Assembly: GCA_965112155.1 (NCBI GenBank)
Contig: OZ218099.1
Length of the DNA stretch: 64,000 nt
Strand: one strand, 5' to 3'
From: Podarcis liolepis
Lineage: Eukaryota
Of this stretch, positions 11,977-23,320 are shown piece after piece (position 1 is the stretch's first letter; each line of letters starts with the position of its first letter). The notes under the pieces are model-generated. The model was not told where the DNA came from, made no database searches, and saw only the letters and a list, made by a program, of their open reading frames with translations. The position numbers and the translations under genes are program-made.

Positions 11977-13185
11977 AGTGGTCCAAGGACTCTAAAGATA
12001 CTGACACACTCCAGGTCTCAGCAGTAGTGGAACAATGGCATGCCATTCATCACTAGAGAAGTAGGCTAATAGCAAGAAAGTAGCTTTTGCTCCTGTTGCT
12101 TGTGCAAAACATTGCCCTGAAAGAGATCCAGGAACAGTTTTAAATAAGATGACCTGTTTAACTCAGTAACTTTCTCTAATCTTTTATTAAGTCTTATGTA
12201 CTTCTTTTATTTATAAATTCAGCATACACACTCAACGGTAACATAATTAAAAATCATCATATCCATTTCATAAATAAATAAGTCATGTACATTTGATAAG
12301 TATGTCAGCTTAAAAAAATTAACACTGGCAGTAATTAGGATGCTCTAGAAATACCTTATGAAAGTGAAAATTCCATCTAAGTCTATTAAACAAGCCAAAT
12401 GTAGAGTACATTGCATTCAAAATGCAAATCTTGTTTCTTTCAAATTGTCAACGTCCACAATTTTAAAAAACTAATCCTCATATAAAACCTATCATAATAC
12501 ATATGAACAAACAGATCTTTTAGTAATCCTTTAACGGTACACTTTTTTCTTTAGTAGACCAAGCAAGCTGCTGCTATGGAGTTGAATCCAGCTATGTCAT
12601 TGCATGAGCAGAATAACTGCTGCTTGCACAATTATAATTCCTTTCTCCTCCCCCTATGCCCAAATCTGCTCCAGAGTTGGGTTAAAACCCTGAGCTGATT
12701 TGGGTGTGTGGACTTACATTGGGGGGAAAGAGGAAGTGGAAGTTAAATTGCACAGAAGGAACTCATTCTATTTGCTGGATACGACCCATGGAATTTTATT
12801 TCATGTCTCCTTTTATTATTTTGAATCAACTCTAAAGACAAAAAAGGAAGAGCTATCTCAAGAGTAATGCACTTTTTTGTTAACACCCAATGTTAACAAC
12901 CCAAATAGGCTTTGCTGGGAGGTTTTCTGTTTCCTTGGTAGAGTTCAAAAACAATTTCAGAAATCACTGCAAAGCAAAATGGGCAGCAATGTGTTGGGCA
13001 TTGATATTGCTGGCTTCTGGATATTGGTTTTCCTTTTTGTTTGGTTTTTTAATTGCTTCCTTCTTTTTGTTTGTGGCCTTGAATCCATTAACCAGTTTTT
13101 AACAGCAACCTTTATGGGGGCTTTTAGGAGGCTCATCAAAATCCTGTGTGACCAGCCTAAACCTTCCTGAAACTTTGCAGTATAA

Positions 13186-13218
<33 letters not shown>

Positions 13219-15399
13219 GTATGTGGGAGCTTTAACTGAGAAGAAAGTCCCATTGAATTCAATGAAATTTTCTCTCAAGTGTACACAGCCTAAATGACTC
13301 TGAAATAAGAAGGCAATACAAACACATTTTTGCCAGAACTTTGCTTCCCTTAGATAAAATGTGAAGCATGGGGCAGGATGGGGAAGCCAATTAAAAGAAG
13401 CCCATGTGTATAAGCCAAGTGAGCCTCCTCAAACATGTTTGGGATGAGGTTAACATTTTGTCTTGTCTAGTAAACATTCAGCACTTTTGAACCGCTCCAT
13501 CCAGGCCATTAACTAGGCAAGACAAACAAGGCAGTTAGGGTGGGGAAGATTGGCAAGTGCAAAAGGAAAGGAATGCAAAGGAGCGGAAGAAGTGGGTGGG
13601 CTGTGTACAAGCTTATAGGTTGTTCTCCAAAGCAAAGTATTTGCACAATATTTGACTGCTTTATCAATAAACATATTCCTACTCTGTAAATTTGGGCTGT
13701 GCTTAAGTCATCCTTCACCCCAGCAACCCACCCACTAGCACAATGAGACTTTCCTCTCTCTCTCTTCCTGGTCCCTCACCAAATCTGCTGTGGATGGGAG
13801 AGAAGGGAGATTGTTCCATCTGGCAAGCAGAAATGACAGAATGACAGCCTTATTGCACCCATGGTGTAGAGGTTATGCTCAATGTGGCAGCAGTGGGGGC
13901 AGAACAGCAGTATGACTTTGAGACAAGACCAAACAAACAGCCCTACATCCTCTTTCATCATGCTTCTCTCTACATGTGTTGAACACAAGGGATATGGTGG
14001 AGAAAAAACCAGGGTGGTATAAGGAACATCCAGGTTTGATTAGCTCAAAGTAAAAAGTTAGAATCTGCTACAAGATGATTGCTTGGTGAGAAAAGGTTGG
14101 CTAAGGGTTAGCTGTGCTATCTGTATGGTTGGTAGGAATGCAGAGTGAGGCTTGCAAAATAAAATTGCTATGAATATACTTGTGAGTGGTTACTGAGGCA
14201 GGGGAAGCATAGGAGCAGATTTCATTTCAATTATTTTGTTTAGTTACTAATGATGCTGTATATTTGGAGTTTTATTGTATTACTGCATTTTTTATTTGTA
14301 ATGGTTTTTTTTTTAATTTAAGGGAAGATTTTGTTTTCCTGTTAATCATGCTGCTTTAAATGTGTATTCTGCACTTGACTTTAATTTGCAATGTTTTAAT
14401 TTGCAATGTTCTATTTGATGTTTTAAGGTAAGTTTTACACCACTTTAAGACTGTTTCAAAAATAAATATAAAGCAGTATAGAAATGATTTAAATAAAATA
14501 AAAAATGCACATTGACAGAACTAGATATTAAGGCAAGATACCAATTCATTGTTTCAAAGGAATCATAGCCTGTAAGACAAGAATAGTTCAACTAAGAGAA
14601 ATCCATAAATACTTCAACACACAAACACCGACTCCCTCATCAACTTAGCATTCTGTGTAATTGGGCTATCACACAAATCACGGCGCACACTCCATTTTCT
14701 TCAGATCATTGTTATAATCCAGCCCTTTGTGACATGTTTGTTACAAGCCAGTTGGAATCTCCCAATTACTTCCCCCATACAAATCATCAGAACAAAAGAG
14801 AAAGGGTTGAGTCTACACCTGCAGTATAATAGCCTGTACCACTTTGGACTGCAGGCAAACACTCGGTTTAAAAAGACTCCCTGTAAACAGAAACCTATCA
14901 CATCAGGGGGAAAGGTTTTAGGACAACCCTCTGCTTGCTAGAAGGGCCTTTTCCCACCGGGGAGCATCCAAAAATACAATCCTTCACCCGCCAACTGAAG
15001 TGGTGCATTCCACCTTGGCACGCCACCACCTCAAACCTGCTCCTAGTAGGCGAGGCCCAAGATGCTGCTCCCTCCTGCTTTGGGCATGCGAATCTGGCCG
15101 CACACCCACACAGCTGGCCCAGGCACCTCTCAGAAACAGCAGGCGGGGAGGCTTCCTTTTGTTCAAGCAGGATTCCTGCACAGGCAACAACAGCTGCCTG
15201 CCTGACAGGTGATGCAGAAAGAGGTTGGGGTGGTTTTGTTTTTTTAATCTCCTTAATCTCTTCGCATCACACAGCTGTGAAAGGCGAACACACACATGCC
15301 AACCTGTCAGGGAAAGGAGCGGCATCCCTTGGGACCAACCAGCGTCGCTCTTATCTAACCCCAGACGTTAAAAAAAACCGAGTGGAAAGGAGCCAACGC

Positions 15400-16267
15400 G
15401 GGGCAGGAAAGAGACTTGCTGCTTTTGGGAGGTTTTTTTTTGGGGGGGGCGACCGAAATCCTTATCCTGAGAAGGAACTCCAGCTGCTGCCGTGGCCTTG
15501 CTGGGGGAGGGGGGCGTCTTCACCCCCAAACAAACACACCCGCCGCTCCCCAGGAAGAGGCAACCCCAGGAGTATGGACGAGAACTACTGTATGGGAAGG
15601 CAGGGCGGGGGGGGGGACCCAAAGCGACGTCTACACACACACACACAACCCCGGGAGCCGCCTCGCCCGACCCACCCCGGCACCGCAGAGACCCCCGCCA
15701 CATCCCCCCCAAGTGGGACGGAGGAGGCCACCTCACACCTGCGCGAGGGGCAGGGGCGGCGGCGGCGGTTTCCCTCCCCGCCCGAGGAGGAGGCGGCCTC
15801 AGTGACGGCACCTGAAGGGCCGAATCCCGCCCCGACTGACCTGAGGGGAGAGGGGGCCTCCTCCTCGCACGGGCGGCAGCTGTGCGAGCGCCGAGGCACC
15901 GATGGCGCGGGTGGGAGGGGCGGCTCTCCGCCGAGGCAGTGGCCGGGCGGCAGGGAGAGGGCTGGGGGTGCCGAGCGCCGAGCAATGGATGGGATGGGGG
16001 AAAGGGAGGGGCCCCGGATCGCTCCGCGGCTGGCGCGAGAGATGGAGGGAGGAGCTACGCGGCGCGAGGAGGCCGTTGCGGCATCTCCTTCCGAGCTGAT
16101 GACGGGCAACCTGCAGACTCCTCCCCGCTTTCAGGATAGTAGAGCTAGGAAAGGGCAGCGGGGAGGAGCCGCTGGCGCTGGAACAGCTGCTCTGTAGGAG
16201 GATACGGGGTGCAGCCGGTTTGCAGCTTCTTAGCTGATTGGGGTGGGCGGGCAGGTGCTCCCCTGGG
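15400..16267 (-). promoter_or_regulatory. RBSN: CpG island: RBSN promoter and probable non-coding exon 1 (likely donor CAG|GTCAGT at 15841/15840)
   Basis: The only extended CpG/GC-rich non-repeat stretch, 3.5-4 kb upstream of the ATG exon. It carries GC boxes (GGGCGG) and a CCAAT box (minus-strand CCAATCAG) at about 16234-16241. The exon-1 boundary is inferred. Confidence 0.8.
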
Positions 16268-16980
16268 CAGGGCCGGATTTAGGTTTGATGAGGCCCATAG
16301 CTACTGAAGGTAATGGGGCCCTTTATATGTCCAGCTGCCCTTTGTCAACAACCAATTGTCGCTGGTTTTTTGGTGTCGAATAGGCGCTATATGGTAATTT
16401 ATGGACCTAATAGGTATCAAACCATTTGCACAGAACAAAATATGTATTTAATAAAAGTAATTGTTGACCTGAAATACAATTAAGAAGTATATGAATAGTG
16501 AAATAATGATTAAGCTCTAAATTAAAATGATTTTTTATTCATAACAAACTTAATAATGCAAACACATTGGCATTTGGCAATAACGAAAGTTTCTTTAGAA
16601 ACACAATTTACAAAGACTCATAATCTAGTTTCTAGAAACTGTAACATGAAATAATAACAGGTGTAAATATATGACGCAAACTACTAATAATTATAAATAG
16701 CAGAATGTAGGCACCTTATATATAGAAATGAGCAAGCCAGTGATATTTTAGGGAGCATGCTAGCAAGCGGGGCCCATTACTAGGAGCATACTAGGAGCAT
16801 ACACAACACAAAACATGTATGTATGTTACATTCTGTATGTAAGTTTTATTTGTTTTTTATATTATATTTTGGAAATTTGCAACCAGTGTTTTTTTTTCTC
16901 CTTTAATTTTTTGGGAGGGTCCCCAAGAGAGTGGGGCCCTAAGCTATAGCTTGTTTAGCTTATACGTAAATCCGGCATTG
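16268..16980. mobile_element. Non-autonomous hAT-type DNA transposon (same family as 55875-56170)
   Basis: TIRs CAGGGCCGGATTTA...TAAATCCGGCATTG. Both ends are near-identical to the shorter copy at 55875-56170. Confidence 0.75.
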
Positions 16981-17039
16981 CAGATTATCATTACTGTACT
17001 TGATTGGGTTGGCAGGCAGGTGCTCCCCTAGGCTACGCC

Positions 17040-17440
17040 AGTGCATTTTGCACCCATCCTGGCCTGATTGCTATGGCTGCTGGTTAGTTTCTGGGCTCAG
17101 TTCAAAGTGCTGGTTTTGACCTATAAAGCCTAAATGGCTCAGGACTGCAGTACCTCAAGGACCTCCTCTCTCCACATGAACTAACCTGGACCCTGCAATG
17201 ATCATCTGAGGCCCTTCTGTTTTCTCCTGTTCTGGAGGGTAAGACTCAAGGGCTTCAAGTTACAAGAAAGGAGATTCCAACTAAACATCAGGAAAAACTT
17301 TCTGGCAGAGGTTGGGTGGCCACCTGTCATGGATGCTTTAGCTGGGATTCCTGCACTGCAGGGGGTTGGACTAGATGACCCTTGGGTCCCTTCCAACTCT
17401 AAGATTCTATTATCCTTTGTGTGCCTCCTCCACAAGAGGT
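17040..17440 (+). mobile_element. L2-like LINE 3' fragment interrupted by a CR1 3' end (about 17244-17411)
   Basis: L2-like GTTCAAAGTGCTGGTTTTGACCTATAAAGCC. CR1 3' end ...GGGTTGGACTAGATGACC...TTCCAACTCTAAGATTCTAT. Confidence 0.65.
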
Positions 17441-17599
17441 CTAAACTTCATGGGCATTGCCATTCAAATAGTCTGTGAGCACCATGTTTTGTGGTCAGTG
17501 TTGTGAGGCAGGGCTTACCGCCCCCCTCCCCAGTATTTTATTCAAGCTACCACCCCTGGTCTGGAGTCTGGCAACAGGAGAGCTGGCCTTTTCTGCAGT

Positions 17600-17875
17600 G
17601 TCTCCCCACAGCTCATCTTGGGCTGCAGCTCCCTCTTTGCATCATTTATTCTGTTATCGCTAAGTTGGGCGCTGCTTTCCTTTTGGGTGAATACAGAGGC
17701 AAAGTAAGTTTTGAGCAGTTCTGCCTTCTCTCTGTCACCCAATAGCATTTCTCTCTCTTCTCTATACAGAGGACCTACTACTTGCCTGTTCCTCTTCTTG
17801 CTTCAAAGGTAGCCGAAGAAACCTTTAAAAATTATTTTTAACATCTCTGGCAAGCCTGAGCTCACTCTGTCATGT
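17600..17875 (-). mobile_element. CR1 LINE ORF2 fragment
   Basis: Translates EKAELLKTYFASVFTQKE, resembling the CR1 ORF2 EKAELLNxxFASVF motif. Confidence 0.65.
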
Positions 17876-17889
17876 TGACAATAGGAATA

Positions 17890-18135
17890 CAGTGGACGCT
17901 TGGGTTGCAAACATGATCCGTGTGGGAGACACGTTCGCAACCTGCAGTGCCGCGTCTGCGCACGTGCGGGGTGCGATTCGGCACTTCTGCACATGTGCAA
18001 AGCGTGATTTAGTGCGTCTGCGCATGCGTGACCGCCAAAACCCGGAAGTAAGCCATTTCAGTACTTCCGGGTTTTGGCGCGTCCGTAATCCAAAAAAACC
18101 GCAACCTGAAGCGTCTGTAACCTGAGTTATGACTG
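17890..18135. mobile_element. Tc1/mariner (Tigger/pogo-like) MITE
   Basis: TA|CAGT...ACTG|TA termini. Shares the AACCTGAAGCGTCTGTAACC subterminal motif with the 35275/49483/57997 family. Confidence 0.65.
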
Positions 18136-18199
18136 TAATCCCATTTTGTAACCAAACCTAACATTTAGGAGTAAATGTGTGCTATGGAACTTAGTGCAA

Positions 18200-19250
18200 G
18201 AAAACAAGATGAATAAAGCATAAAAAGTAGCCTTAATCATTGTGTTGAATTGATGGATAAAAGAAGCACCTCTGAGACAATGAACTAGTCCATTGTTCTC
18301 TGTGAAAGATACTAATGAACCTGGGCAACCATTTGTTCCAGTAGGAATGTAACCTCATAAGGAATACTTAAGTGAGGAGAAGCATTATTCACCAGAGTTT
18401 AAATATTCTGATGAAGTAGATATTTGACTGTCACTCTCCCAAGGGGACTGAATAGTGTTATTATTGAATTGTATCCTAGCCAGCACAAAGTGTTCATCCA
18501 CAGTGTGAATCACTGAATAAGTAAAGTAATGTTCTATGTAAATTCAGTCAGATTTTTTTTTGTCAAGCACACAGAATGTTCATTTTCTCACTGAAAAGGG
18601 TTTTAGATCACTTTCCTTAATGAGAGAATTCTTCCATGAAATTGTGCAACTCCCATTAAGCTATGTATTGATAAGTGAAGTGTAATTGGTTGTCAAACCT
18701 TCCTTTTGCAAAAAGATCCCATGTTTTGCTGTTAATGTCAGGGACATTTATACATGGGCAATGCCTGAATTAGGGAGCAAAAGAGACAGAAATACTAAGT
18801 CAAAACAAAGTCAAAGTCCACAAAGTCAAAGCCAACAAACCATTGCACTTTGAAATAATATTCCAAACAATTCTATAGGTTTCCCTAGGTCCGCAGTGGT
18901 ATTTTCAATCGGAGTAAAAGCAACCTAACTTGAATACAAGTTAACAATACTTTAATAATACATTGTGACGGCACAAGTAGAAACCCATGGGAATATAATC
19001 TGAAAATGCCACTAGATGGTGCATTTTGCTCATCTAAAATAAGAATTCTCTTTCTTTCGGAGATGGACAATAGGCCTTGGAGCACTTATTGTGAAGAAAT
19101 GAGATGCTTGAGAAAACTTAACTTGCTCTTTTTGGGGGATGGGGACAGAGTTGGGGCCTGTGTAACAGTCTAGAGCACACAAGTAAACAACCTGTTCTAA
19201 TATTGTCTGCCTCCTATAATTATCATTTAACAACAAAGAGTGATTTTTTT
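18200..19250 (+). mobile_element. Possible highly decayed hAT transposase relic
   Basis: Broken frames give LYP..VFIHSVNH, KLCIDK and FLSEMDNR, loosely resembling hAT CxxH and TRW-region motifs. There are many stops, so the evidence is weak. Confidence 0.3.
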
Positions 19251-19268
19251 TTAATGAATCTATTTGAA

Positions 19269-19632
19269 GGGATGCAGGTGGCGCTGTGGGTTAAACCACA
19301 GAGCCTAGGACTTGCGGATCAGAAGGTCGGCGGTTCGAATCCCAGTGACAGGGTGAGCTCCCATTGCTCGGTCCCGGCTCCTGCCAACCTAGCAGTTCGA
19401 AAGCACGTCAAAGTGCAAGTAGATAAATAGGTGCCACTCTGGCGGGAAGGTAAACGGCGTTTCCGTGTGCTGCTCTGGTTCGCCAGAAGCGGCTTAGTCA
19501 TGCTGGCTACATGACCTGGAAGCTGTCTGCGGACAAACGCCGGCTCCCTTGGCCATTAAAGCGAGATGAGCGCCGCAACCCCAGAGTCAGTCACGACTAG
19601 ACCTAATGGTCAGGGGTCCCTTTGCCTTTTTT
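19269..19632 (+). mobile_element. Sauria SINE (full length)
   Basis: tRNA-like head with A box (TGGCGCTGTGGG) and B box (GGTTCGAATCC), BovB-like 3' end and CCTTT tail. TSD TATTTGAA at 19261-19268 and 19633-19640. Confidence 0.9.
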
Positions 19633-20247
19633 TATTTGAAATACAGTGTCAGACAGTGCTATTGCTGCAGAAACTCACAGTGGCAAATAAAAGAAAACCC
19701 AAGTTGCTTAGAAATTTGGAGAGGAAAAAAGTTTTGTTTGGATTTTTAATTAGTGAAAGTTAGAAGAAGAAAAATGTTTTCCTTCCCAGGAAAAAAAAAT
19801 GAAAATGTGTCCTATCTCTCTCTGTTCCCCACCCCCACCCCCATTAATCCAGATTTTCCCAATCCATAGATAATCTGCTAAAGAAAGACCATCCAATATA
19901 TATTTGCATGTCAAATATATTTGCGTTGTGTGAAAGAGTTGTTTTTTAATGTGGTCACATTTCTCTGTGTACCATCTACTGCCATGTCCCCTACTTCAGT
20001 TCACCTGAGCATAACGCAAGTCATTTTCTTTCCACCAACCCAAAGCAAAGGATGCAGCATGCCTATTTTTACCAGTTGTTGTTCCAGGCACATTTGCAGT
20101 AGATACATTTTCAATTTCAAAAACAGCTGTTTTGTGCCAAACTGCTCTTGTGCAAAAACAGCTGTATTGAAATTAAAAATTAAATTGGCCCTTCAGGAAG
20201 CTTTTGGTGGTCAAAATGAATAAATGCTTATTTCCAGGTGTGGCTAT

Positions 20248-20295
20248 TTCCCTGTATTGTTCCAATTTTAGTATATATGCTATCGAAGCGAGCAC
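20248..20295 (-). pseudogene. U6 snRNA 5' fragment (nt 1 to ~48), the 3' part of a U2-U6 chimera
   Basis: Minus strand GTGCTCGCTTCGATAGCATATATACTAAAATTGGAACAATACAG versus U6 GTGCTCGCTTCGGCAGCACATATACTAAAATTGGAACGATACAG: 40/44 identical, starting exactly at U6 nt 1. Confidence 0.92.
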
Positions 20296-20306
20296 TTTTT
20301 ATGTGT

Positions 20307-20491
20307 GGATGCACCATCCTAGTGGTATTGCAATACCAGGCTGATGCATAAAGTGGATGAAGCAAGCCCCTATTCCGTCTCCCAGCTCTAAAAATCCATG
20401 AAATATATAGTCCTCAAATAGAGGACGTATCAGATATTAAACTGATAAGAACAGATACCACACCTGATTGGAGCCAAAAGCCCGAGAAGCG
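20307..20491 (-). pseudogene. U2 snRNA retropseudogene (near full length), the 5' part of a U2-U6 chimera
   Basis: Minus strand reads CGCTTCTCGGGCTTTTGGCT...GTATCTGTTCTTATCAGTTTAATATCTGATACGTCCTCTAT...ATGGATTTTT...CCTGGTATTGCA...GGTGCATCC, collinear with vertebrate U2. The branch-site recognition sequence GTAGTA is mutated to GTGGTA. The copy lies inside a TSD, with no snRNA promoter context. Confidence 0.93.
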
Positions 20492-22189
20492 TGGCTATTT
20501 CTAATTGCTGCATGTTGAGGGTACATTTGCAGAACATACATCAAGCTTTTAATTGTAATAATAATATGGAGGTTTTGTGCAAGAGCAGTCTTGTGCAAAA
20601 TAGATAGATAGATAGATTCTTTATTGTCATTACACTAGTGCAACATTGCACCAGCGCAACGAAATTGGATGCCATCCCTTAAAAACAACAAAAGCAAAAC
20701 AACAGCAACAACCAAACAAACCACCTTCCAACCACACCAAAATGTCAACATGAATAACCAAATAAATAATATGAACATGAATTGACAGCTAAAATATGTA
20801 AACATGAATCGGGAGTGAAGGGAGATGGGAATGTGGAGGCAATGAGGTGATGTGCTAACCTAAGGACAAGGTGGAAGGAAAAAGCAATTTGGAAAGCTAT
20901 CTAGGGAGCTGGATAAAAAGTTTTAGGGAATCCAACATTCCTGAACTGATAAAGGAGCTGTGATAAGTTAGCACATGCAGCTAGCTCTGAAATCTTGGAT
21001 AGCTGCTGCCAGACAGTGTAGACAATACTGAGTATTTTGATTGATCCAGTACAACACTGAGCAAAATGGACCACTGGTCTGATGTGATATAAGCCAGCTT
21101 CCTCCACTCCTCTGAGTGTCTGTGCAAAGTGCATCATAAGAACATAAGGAGAGTCCTATTGAATCAGGCCGAGGACCCATCTAGTCCAGCACTCGGCTGT
21201 ACATCCTGCTTTTCTGTTAGTGGCTTATGAAATGCTAATTCACAAGGACTCTCGCTGCATGGCCAGTGTGTTTACATTTGAAATTGACATGCTCCTCTAA
21301 ACTCAGAACCTGCCTAGTGATTCTGTGACTTATAAATAAAAATCCACCTGTGCCAGAAGTACCTGTTGATATTAAATATTTTGGCAAAGTAACTGCACAT
21401 TCAGAAGGCGGGGGAGAACTCCCATTTGATTTAGCTGCCTTGTTTTCAGACTCATCTGTCAAAATGACACGATATGGAGATTTATAGGCACTGCAAATGA
21501 GAACTTGTCAAGTGCTTTTCAAATTATTTGTCTATTAACTGCAACAGTGATTTTTGGCATTTCAGAGATCGTGTATGTGACTCATTCCAACTCTGCTACT
21601 TTTCATGATCACAACAAAAGCCCTTGACTCTTGCAGCTTCTCTGGACGTTCACTTAAAAAGCCTTCAAGTTTCTATTGCAGCATTTGTCAGGCTTTCAGT
21701 GCCACGTTGGTTTGAAGAAGTTGATTGAGGACTGTGGTGTGGGGGCCCCTTGAAGCTTGGAAAGCACAGAATGCGAGATGTCCAAACTGCCTCCGTTTCC
21801 TCTCTCCCCAGGGCCATTGCTACAGCCAATTTGAAGAGAACATAAGAGGAATTCTGTCTTGGAAAGCCACTCATGTAAACTTATAAATGACTATTTAAAC
21901 TTCCCAAGCTAGAAAAACATTTTGAGGATTTTGCACAAGGTTTTTTAAACAAACAAATGGAAATAATGCATGGGTCCTTACTTCATCAAAAGTTCACCTT
22001 CTAGCAATAAGTACGGTATATGATGGAGCATGAACCAACAAATGTTTTCAAATTCTTGATCTGGTCACCCTAATGAACCAGAGGCAGGCAGGGCAATTCT
22101 TACATCAGCAGCCAGCTTATGCACACCATCATTGGGAAGTCCATCAAGTTTCGTTTTTGTTTTTTTAAAAAAGAATAACATCATTTAAT

Positions 22190-23320
22190 AAAACTGATAT
22201 GCCACTCGATTGTAAAAAAACAAAACCAACCAACCCCAAACCTCAAAGTGGTTTACAAAATGAATAAAAACAATGAGATTTTCAGTAAAAGCAACTATTT
22301 AAAATATTCAAACATAATTAAAATGAATGGTAAGTTGAAAAACAGCTTGAAACAAGCACCAGCATTCTAAGTTACCTGAATAGGCTTCCCTAAACAAAAA
22401 AAAGTTTTGAGCAGGCACCAAAAAAGTACAGTGAAAGTGCCTGCCTGATGTCAATAGGCAGAGAGTTCCAAAGTGTAAGTCCTGCCACACTGAAAGATTG
22501 ATTTCTTACAAATGCAGAATGAGTATTATGTACAGGGGTGGAGGGGGGGCAGTGGGGGCGGGCTGACCAAGGTGTCACCACTGAGGGGGTTAACAAAATG
22601 GCGGGCGGCACTCACCGCGGGGCCTGCAGTGCGCCTAAGCCACGCGTCTCTCCTGGGAGTGCCATGGTGGCTTGGGCGCCCACAGGCTCTGCACTGCCCC
22701 AAACAGCTGTAGGGCGGCTGAGTGGGAGGAGGCAAGCAGACTCCTTGGAGGCCCCGTGGAATGTCCTGCCCTGGCTGGCCCCGCCCCCGCAGGCGACTGG
22801 CCCCGCTCCACAGGTGGCTAGCCCCACCCCCAGGCGCAGGTGCCCGATCGGCTTGCTCCACCGCTGATTATGTAGCACCTGTAACAGTGCCAGTTCCATA
22901 GATCAGCTGAATGGACATCTATGGGGTAAGGCAATCCCCACAGGTAAATTGCCCCCAAGTTGTTAATAAACCAGGGAAAAGAGGTGCATCTTCAGGATAT
23001 GATGAAAACTCTGTAATGAAGCTGCCAGACACCTCTGGGAGGAAAAAAAAATCCACAATGTAGGAGCTGCCACAGTCAATGCCTTCTTCTGAGTTAAGCA
23101 CATGCACCCCAAACTTCTGAGAGCCCTGGGAGAGCTGATCTTAACACCCAAGAATTGGTACCAGAAACAAACAGGCAACCGATGCTGTTTTAGGAGTTCT
23201 AAAGGGAACTCCAGCTAGCATTTTGGCTGCTGCATTTTGGACCAGTAAAAGTTTCCAAGTTGTCTCCAAGGTCAGTCCCACAAAGAGTACATTGCAGTAA
23301 TCCAGTCTGGAGTAGTCATG
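22190..23320 (-). mobile_element. L2-like LINE 3' fragment (host of the 22533 insertion)
   Basis: Minus-strand frame reads SFSVAGLTLWNSLPIDIRQA, typical of an L2 ORF2 C-terminus, followed by an AT-rich tail. Boundaries are approximate. Confidence 0.6.
22533..22866. mobile_element. GC-rich non-autonomous hAT element
   Basis: Termini CAGGGGTGGAG...CTCCACCGCTG with a perfect 8-bp TSD ATTATGTA (22525-22532 and 22867-22874). Related copies at 47505-47839 and about 52590-52896. Confidence 0.8.

Noticed and set aside
14935-16197. 420-aa plus-strand ORF and overlapping 100-200 aa ORFs
   Set aside because: They overlie the GC-rich CpG island, where stops are rare. The translations are low-complexity G/R/P/A in several frames with no recognisable domain.
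19269-19345. tRNA gene (A and B boxes)
   Set aside because: This is the tRNA-derived head of a Sauria SINE, not a cloverleaf gene. The same applies at 42299, 57038 and 61412.
20307-20491. Functional U2 snRNA gene
   Set aside because: The branch-point recognition and U6-pairing regions are mutated, the first nucleotides are missing, and it is bracketed by a TSD rather than a PSE and 3' box.
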